Assembly (NCBI GenBank): GCA_002811645.1
Contig: PDIP01000051.1
Location: 83,579 to 147,578, forward strand
Length of the DNA: 64,000 nucleotides
DNA from: Corallochytrium limacisporum Hawaii
Lineage: Eukaryota; Protista; Pluriformea
Reading direction: 5' to 3'
A program made the position numbers and the translations under genes. The number at the start of each line of letters is the position of its first letter. Position 1 is the first letter of the stretch. Shown piece by piece: positions 56,850 to 64,000 of the stretch. A model generated the notes under the pieces. It saw nothing but the letters and a program-made list of their open reading frames with translations, searched no databases and was not told the DNA's origin.

Positions 56850-58725
56850 AACCTGACCCGGGTGTACGGCGGCGCTCTGTCTGACGTGAATGGTTGCTGG
56901 TGGGGATACTACTTCCTTAGTAGGTTCTGCTGCTTCTCTTCTATATTTCCTGGCGGTTCACTCCATAGCTCGGAGTCTGCTCCCTTATGGCGATGGCGTC
57001 CACCTGTTCTAGGTTTTTTTTCTTCTGTATTTCCATGCCTCAGATTCCTGTGCAATGAATTCGCAGCCGGTGTCTGTACTTCTTCACGTCTTTCTAGTAC
57101 CTATACGAAGTGCTTATTCTTTGCCACCGAAGCTTGTACACCCAATTTCATTCGCTATTATCATATGCTCATCCGTTATCGTCACCATCCCCACCCTCTG
57201 CGTACTTTTGGCCACCAATTGACCATCAATGGCAAGTCGTAACGTACGACTCTGTAACGGCAACAGCAACCGGCGGTGCAGGGAGCCCAGGCAGACTCTC
57301 CGATTTCCCCTTGCTGTTGGAAGGGTGTCCTCCAAAGCCGAATCTTGATGCTACTGGCAAATTATCATTCTCGGGTGTACCCGAGGTACACAACCGGTGT
57401 GCGGTTTAAACTTTTAAGAAGGGGGAGGGTACGGGCGCCGGGGCACTGTCGTTGTCCTGGTACTGACTCACTGCGCCCCGCAGCAGCGGGTTGGCGAGAA
57501 GGGTGCGGGTGTTGGGTCATATGATGAAGAACCCAACTATTTGAACGAACCCCGCTATTCCGCAAAGGGCGGACCCCGGTGAGGGGGAGGGGGGGGGGAG
57601 AGAGAGAGAAAGGGAGAGAAGAGGAGGAACCTACTTCGACCCACTGCTGCCACCACCACCACCGATGCACCCCGGGGAGAGATGAATGCGGTATATTCAC
57701 TATAGCGACCGAGACAACAGAATATACAGCGGAGGGGAGGCGGGCAGGCTGGCTATCTGGGCTGCTCCTGGTTGTACCCGCCTGGGCTCACCACAGTTTG
57801 GTCGGGTGAAGAAAAAACCAGGGAAGAGAACCCTCTCCCTGCTCCGGGCTTGGGGGAGGGGGGGGGAGGGCAAACATTAATCACATTTTCAGATGACTCT
57901 GGGTGTCATATAAAATGTATTGAAATGGACAAGATACGTCTCCACCTCCTAAAAGGACAGGTCACCAGCGGAAGAAAATTTTCTCCGGTCGGTGGCCCGC
58001 TGCAGTGAGATGACACAAAACGTCGACAGCGAGTGGCAGCCTTCTCAAACCCTATGACGGAATTACCGCCATGTCATCGATCAGCCCCCCAAAACGGGAG
58101 GTCGAGGTGCCGTTGCAGAATCCAAAACTTGGTGGCACAAGCAACCCCTGTGCCATATACTCACTAGTGCCAATCGGTGCTCCTGATAAGCTCTTTCAAT
58201 ATTTTGCGTAGCAGTGTCGGAGAGGAAGGGGGGGGTAAAAAAGGAAACAACTATTGGTAGCTGGGAAAAGAGGGGGGGTGGGGGCCGGGCCACAACAGAA
58301 ACCCCAACGGACCGGAGAACCGAAGTGTCCGGACGGGACGGGCTTGGGCACGGGGCGGGCCAGAAGATTCTCTGAGGTTTGATACGGGGGCCTATTTATT
58401 GACAAGATGATGACGAGCTGCAATCAACCTGGCCCATGGGGCGGAAGGTGTTTGGATGGGGGATCCCCCGGAGGGGTTGGTTCTCCATTGCGGAAGGTCG
58501 GGGTTCTCTTTTGTTGTTGGCTTTGGCTGCTCCGCCGCATTAGGAGAGGTTATTTAGACCTTGAATCCAAAGACAGACAAGATTGGCTTATGATAAAATA
58601 GTTGCATTTGGTTCTGTATTGTTCTGGATATGATCATGAAGTGGCGATAGAAGAACGAACTCGATTAAGCGGTTCAAGGGCATATATATACATGTAGTAG
58701 GTAAGATATGGATCACTAGGGAAAG

Positions 58726-60111
58726 ATGGGTACATTCTTTGCAAAGTTCGATAGTTTTTCAAAGGCAGAGCATGATAACATGGTTCGCACTCCTGCCGGT
58801 GGAGTGACCTTCTTTACTGCACTGTTTACTGCACTCATTCTCGTTCTTGCCGAACTGCGAGACTGGGGTTCTTTGAAGATGGAGTACTCATATGAAATCG
58901 ACAACACACGAACTGCCCCTGGGTTGGATACGGTACCCATTGACATTGACATTGTGGTACGGGGAAGTTGCGATTACTATCAAGTCGACATCCTGGACCG
59001 AACCCCGGATGGACAGGCCAGTATGGACCAAACGAGCGGCATCCAGTCCCATCTCCGCTTCACCAAGACGTACTTTGAACTAGACAAATTCGAGTGGATG
59101 GAGCTCAGGGCAGCACGATACCCTCCAGAGAAGGCAGGAGTCAAAATCGACAGAGATCGGGCACGTACCACACGCTTGATAGAAATCGCCAAGCGTGAAC
59201 GGGGAGATGACCGCCTCAAGAAGGTCCGCGATGCCTGCCGCATCAGTGGCACCCTGATCGGCCGCAAGGTGGCATCCACTTTGCGAATTTACTACGGAGA
59301 GAAATATGTTGACCACTTCGGTGATACGCATGTAAGGAGGATCTCCGATCCAAACTTCATCTATGACACTAGCCACCGTTTCGAAGTTTTTGAGATCGGC
59401 TATCAGCCAGATGACGGCATTGCCACATACGCGAACATGCATCTGCCCCACAAAGTCAATGTCGTAGACCTAGAAGAGCGGGACTACATCAACCTCGGCT
59501 TTGAAAAGATCGTCGCACGCGATGGCAAGGACGCCCGTATTGAGGACGTGCCCAAGGATGCCGGCACCAAGGCCGTGGACTACTATTTGCAGGTCATTCC
59601 AACACTCTACGAGGACCGCTTCGGCCGACTGACGCTGCTCAATCAGATTGCAGCCACGCGCCAGGAGACACACGCAGAAGCCACTGTGGCCGCAGCACTC
59701 AATAACCAAGGAGAAGTCGACCTCGCCAAGCTCCTGTCCCAAACCGATGGAGGGGGCAGCCTTAAGCGTACACCTGGTATCTTCATGCACTTCAATTTCT
59801 ATGAACTCACAATGAAGGTCAAGGAATATCGCACGCCAGTTATAGTGATCTTTGTGCGGATTGCTGCATTGATAGGTGGAGTGTTTGCCACGGCATCGTA
59901 CCTGCGCGCGCTGATAGAAGGACCCATGGCCAAGCAACAAGTAGCCAGAACTCGTGGAGAGCCAAATTACGGCCGTGACCTGCGGGTTGGGCCTACACCC
60001 AGTCCGACTCGCGAGCTTATCGACCAGGAGGACAGTCTGGACTCATACTCTGCACCGACGCAAAAGGAGGAGGCGCGTCTGCTTGTTCCCGATTCTGGGG
60101 GACGGTCCTGA
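58726..60111 (+). CDS. ERGIC2/3 (Erv41/Erv46)-family protein
   Basis: KFDSFSK..RT..GG plus TM, CRISG, SH, YYLQVIPT, PGIF..F, A.IGGVF TM. Confidence 0.9.
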   Translation: MGTFFAKFDSFSKAEHDNMVRTPAGGVTFFTALFTALILVLAELRDWGSLKMEYSYEIDNTRTAPGLDTVPIDIDIVVRGSCDYYQVDILDRTPDGQASMDQTSGIQSHLRFTKTYFELDKFEWMELRAARYPPEKAGVKIDRDRARTTRLIEIAKRERGDDRLKKVRDACRISGTLIGRKVASTLRIYYGEKYVDHFGDTHVRRISDPNFIYDTSHRFEVFEIGYQPDDGIATYANMHLPHKVNVVDLEERDYINLGFEKIVARDGKDARIEDVPKDAGTKAVDYYLQVIPTLYEDRFGRLTLLNQIAATRQETHAEATVAAALNNQGEVDLAKLLSQTDGGGSLKRTPGIFMHFNFYELTMKVKEYRTPVIVIFVRIAALIGGVFATASYLRALIEGPMAKQQVARTRGEPNYGRDLRVGPTPSPTRELIDQEDSLDSYSAPTQKEEARLLVPDSGGRS

Positions 60112-60312
60112 ATGAATTGATACGACTTAGATAGTAGTGAATAGGTGACACCTGTGAAATTGTGGATTGATAAGAAATGTAATAATCATGCTAGATGCTA
60201 CAAGAGAAAGGAAACGAAATGAAGAATTCGTGATGCACACATACTTAGTGGTTTCACATGCCTTCCATTCATTTTTCACTTTCAGATTCATGTGTTTCAC
60301 TTTGACTTCGTT

Positions 60313-61416
60313 TTAGTTCTGCCCAGGGTTTGCAGCTGAGACAGCAGCAGGGGCACTGCCTCCCTCGACCGAAGCACTGCCATCTTTCTGCAGTAGTTCG
60401 CTCAGGAACAGACGAGCAAACGAAGTCGAGGCAAACTGTTGGATTTGCCGACAGTACTGAGAAACCTGCGACGAGATCAAGAGCGCTTCCAGGCGGTTCT
60501 TGGGCTCAGGAATCTGGAACTTCTGCATGATCTCCTCTTCATCAATAGCAGACTCGGGATCCTCTCCACGCGCGGTGGCATCTGCCCGCTTCTTCTGGAT
60601 GAACTGAGTGACCTGCTGCTGGACCTTCATGTACGACCGGACATGCTGCTGGAAGTAGTTCTGGTCCCGGGTATATTGGTCCATGGAGCCTACCAGCAGT
60701 TCCAGGCTCTTCTCCAGGAACGGCATCGTGGTCATGTCCAGCTCTTCGTAAGTATCGGTGATCTGCCGGTCGACCTCATGGAGTAGTACCTGCATCAGAC
60801 TGCTGTTACTGATTTTGATGGGCAGCTCTTCAAAGATGTCGTTGTAGCTAAGGTTGGCCTGACGGATGGCAATGTGGCTAAAGTCACTGGCACGGTAGAG
60901 GTCCATGAATTTCTGAGTCAATCGCAGGGCGCGTAGGCACAGGGTGCCTTTAGCAGTGCGCAAAGGGTCATAGAGTAGACACACGCTCTGCTCAATCTGG
61001 TCCTGGTACACAAATTGTGTGTCCACGATAGCCGCATTGAAGGCGAAGGTCTGTTGGGCGGGCGGTCCGAGGAATGTGCTGCGGTACCATCCGACGGAGT
61101 GGCTATCGACGTTGACCTCCCGGAGTTGTCGCATCATGTCGATCTGGTACTGGTACTTGAACGACTCGGCATCCTGGCCGTCAATGTCCTCAACATTCGG
61201 GATCGGGAAGCAGTTGCTGATCTCCAAGCAGGTGTCCACGTTGAGCCCGAGCAGCTGACCACTGACCGTGCTGTGTGATTCTTGGCAGTGCTTAACAATC
61301 TTGAGAATGACCAAAGCATCGACTTGAACATAAGTCGGGATCTTACCATGGGAGGGTGGCGCTTGGGTGGAACTTTGTCCCATGCCCTGGGCGAGGGCCT
61401 GGGCCATAGAAGTCAT
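60313..61416 (-). CDS. EIF3H: Translation initiation factor eIF3 subunit H
   Basis: VQVDALVILKIVKHC, GQLLGL, LEISNCFP, MMRQLREVNVD..VGWY, YDP. Confidence 0.96.
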   Translation of the reverse strand: MTSMAQALAQGMGQSSTQAPPSHGKIPTYVQVDALVILKIVKHCQESHSTVSGQLLGLNVDTCLEISNCFPIPNVEDIDGQDAESFKYQYQIDMMRQLREVNVDSHSVGWYRSTFLGPPAQQTFAFNAAIVDTQFVYQDQIEQSVCLLYDPLRTAKGTLCLRALRLTQKFMDLYRASDFSHIAIRQANLSYNDIFEELPIKISNSSLMQVLLHEVDRQITDTYEELDMTTMPFLEKSLELLVGSMDQYTRDQNYFQQHVRSYMKVQQQVTQFIQKKRADATARGEDPESAIDEEEIMQKFQIPEPKNRLEALLISSQVSQYCRQIQQFASTSFARLFLSELLQKDGSASVEGGSAPAAVSAANPGQN

Positions 61417-62389
61417 AGTTGCTTAAGAGTTTATGTCTCTTTTCTTGAGAACCCGATAAAGTACCCGGTATTGCTATAATTGCAATTATAACAATAAATA
61501 GATTAGAGTGACGAATAACCCCGGAAATGAATAACTACTGCTTTCGAATAATTATCATTCACCCCGATAGGTCGTGACACAATGGAATGTACACTCTAGT
61601 TTCTTTCTTTAGAACGATAAGAAAAAGCTCGAAGGGCCAGTGATATTATTGCTTTGATAGTGATCGTCTTGTACCCCATTGGATCATGTAATATTCAGAG
61701 CATGTGATGCTACTGGCGCGTTACTGGCGCGTTGTCAGAAGCAACAATTACTGGACTGGTAAAAATAAGACCACGGCAGATTGAAAGACTGTTGGTGGTC
61801 AATTCCGAACTAAGACATTCTACACTGTATGTGTGCGTTAGAAGCAGTGCTCGGGTCGCCTTCTGTGGGAGTCGCGCTGTCAAAGCACCAACTGTGTGAG
61901 TGGGGAAAGCAGACACACTCACGGACACACACACACACACATTCTGTGTGTATCTCTTTCTTGCTAAGCGTTGACATATCGAACACTGGCCCTTACTCCC
62001 TCCCCCACGTGTGGATCCCTCACCGAGTGTTGTGCCCCCACAGCACTTCCCAAACCGGTCGCCGATTCAAAAATGAATCATAAAATCAATTTTGTAGCAC
62101 CTTTAGTTTCTATGAATTCGATTTCAAAATAATAAGGAGATGCTTTGTATGAAGTAAATGGAGGACCGTGCCTCTGATTTGAATCAAATCAGGCCCCCCA
62201 ACTGGGCCACCACTTCCCGTCTCTCCCGGGCGACCGATTGCCGACTCGGGAGGGGTCCCGACAGCCACAGCGGGACCGGGCGGTCTCATCCAGTCTTTCG
62301 CACTTGGCGATCTTACCGTGGCGAAAGAGACATCTTGAACCTTTTTCAAACACCCATGGTCTGGGATTGTTACACTTTTTAATTTTAGG

Positions 62390-62855
62390 ATGTGTGATAG
62401 TCTACATCAAGGAGGCAGTTCCAGTGGAGCTGAGTGGAGACAGTCTATTTAGACAGGAAAACATTCACGGTGCTCTTAATGCCTACTCCGCTGCTTTGAA
62501 GCAGTCCAAGGACGATAAGGTCGACCACACCGCCCTACATTCAAACCGTGCCGCCTGTTATCTTCGACTCACCCGCTACTCCAGTGCTCTGGATGACTGC
62601 GACAGAGCCCTGGACATGCTAAACGATTCCGCGCAGCTCGCGCGCCTCGGGCTGGCGCCTTGCAGCACTTGACTTGCCCAGAAACGCGGGCGCCTGCTTG
62701 CCCGCAAGTATGCGGCGCTGTTCGGCATGAAGCAGCTCAGACCAGCGCTAGCCATCCTGGACGAGGCCATCACCATCCAATCGCACCGCCAGGACCTGCT
62801 TGAAGATTGAGAGCGGATTGTGTCCGCGCTGGAAGCAGACACTGAGAGCGAGTGA
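62390..62855 (+). pseudogene. TPR-domain gene relic resembling the DNAAF4/DYX1C1 C-terminus
   Basis: GDSLF..GALNAYSAAL..LHSNRAACYL..ALDDCDRAL. The TPR-like sequence continues through in-frame TGA codons at 62670 and 62808 to TGA 62853. No in-frame ATG. Confidence 0.7.
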
Positions 62856-63129
62856 TTTGATGCAAGGCTCGACACAGTTGACCATGATATATCGCAGATC
62901 TTAACAATGGTAACATTAAAGAAAGTAAGCGGATATGTGAGAGAAGCACGCTTAAGATTGTCTCTGTCCCTGTGTCGCAGTTGTCAAATTTCTTCTGTGT
63001 ATCTGTGTAATGACGTCGACAGCAAGTGAAAGTGCAAGACTACGCCGGTTTGTGTTATTTTTAATTTGTTTCTTTGTTCGTGCGAACTCTCCCGCAGTGT
63101 TTGTTCTCCGTTTCTGCCATCCAGGTACC

Positions 63130-64000
63130 TCACTCCTTGGGAGGCCTCTTGCGAGACACGCCAATTCGCGATCCCATGCGAATAAGCGTCTCCATGGGCC
63201 GGCTTGAGTTCTCCAGAATATCCGCATCGAAGTCAATAGCGTTCGGTTCAAAGAGCAGGATGCACGTACTGCCTCCAAAGGCAAAGTATCCATGTTCTGC
63301 ACCCTTCTTCACCTCTGACCCGTCTTCCGCGAGGATAACAATGGTACCAACCATGGTAGCACCGATCGACACAAGTGCCACATTGCCAAATTCCTTCGTC
63401 TCAATGTAGCTCACGATGCGCCGGTTTTCCGTGTAGACATTCACGGCCGTCCGCACCGCCAGAGGGGAGACAGTGTAGTACTCTCCGGGCAGAGAATGAC
63501 TTGATTCTAACTTACCTGTGACCGGGAAATGCCAGCGGTGGTAGTCCTGTGGGGCGAGACGGGCAATTACCAGACTGCCGCCGTAGAACTTGGATGCGTT
63601 CTTCGGGTCTTGCAGCAGGGTGTCAACGGAAAACCTGTTGCCTTTGATCCATACTTCGGTCGCAGTATTTACCGTTGGGAAGATCATCATGCGACAGTCT
63701 GCGGGGCTTACCGCCACGCAATCATCGTCCGGACTGTCGATAGGTCGTGCCCCCGGCTTCAACTGGCGTGCAAAAAAGTCATTGAAATTGTCGAACTTGT
63801 CCGCCGGCTTGAGCACCTCGTCCATGTTAATAGAGTACGTGCTGACGAAACCGGGGATCTTGCTCACGCTCTTGGGATCATTGTAGGCCTTGTTCATCTT
63901 CTTTGTCATGTGCGCCAGCAGTTTGCGCGCGTACGCCTCTGTCAAGCCGCGGCCCACCTTGCGACGGTACATGGTTTTCATGGCCGTGCGAATATACGCG
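63130..64000 (-). CDS. PSD2: Phosphatidylserine decarboxylase, PSD2 type (5' end outside the window)
   Basis: FNDFFAR.LKPGARP, SPADCR, RLAPQDYHR.H.P, GATMVG and FGGST cleavage motif; frame open at the window edge. Confidence 0.95.
   Translation of the reverse strand, partial: AYIRTAMKTMYRRKVGRGLTEAYARKLLAHMTKKMNKAYNDPKSVSKIPGFVSTYSINMDEVLKPADKFDNFNDFFARQLKPGARPIDSPDDDCVAVSPADCRMMIFPTVNTATEVWIKGNRFSVDTLLQDPKNASKFYGGSLVIARLAPQDYHRWHFPVTGKLESSHSLPGEYYTVSPLAVRTAVNVYTENRRIVSYIETKEFGNVALVSIGATMVGTIVILAEDGSEVKKGAEHGYFAFGGSTCILLFEPNAIDFDADILENSSRPMETLIRMGSRIGVSRKRPPKE

Noticed and set aside
58701-58719. 19-nt GTAAGA...TAG micro-intron before the ERGIC ATG
   Set aside because: Single instance with no independent evidence for ultra-short introns.

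Overview
Gene-dense eukaryotic nuclear DNA, not prokaryotic. It is most likely an intron-poor unicellular opisthokont; a Corallochytrium-like holozoan is my inference from gene content and has not been verified. About 30 genes, all with uninterrupted single-ORF CDSs: APN1, a GH97-like protein, CIA2, RPF1, p24/TMED2, a GGD-repeat surface protein, PSMA5, PGRMC/DAP1, PIAS/SIZ, RPL28, ADE5,7, PEX26-like, BAR-SH3, SYF2-like, tomosyn, TLDc, a fimbrin-ABD/coiled-coil protein, PP6, inhibitor-2, NAP1, a polytopic lipase, ClpP, RBBP4, CENP-O, ERGIC, eIF3h and a partial PSD2. Neighbouring genes mostly alternate strand. The only intron-like signals I found are in 5' leaders, and long poly-G/poly-C tracts mark many intergenic regions. 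There is one 215-nt assembly gap. I found no tRNA, rRNA, CRISPR or clear mobile element. The most interesting leads are: a membrane-anchored, apparently catalytically dead bacterial-type GH97; a single-ABD fimbrin fused to a coiled coil (cortexillin-like design); a tomosyn with an inserted UBA domain; a stop-interrupted DNAAF4-like TPR relic; and a truncated SYF2 in a genome whose introns appear confined to 5' UTRs. All family calls come from motif recognition by eye; no searches were run.
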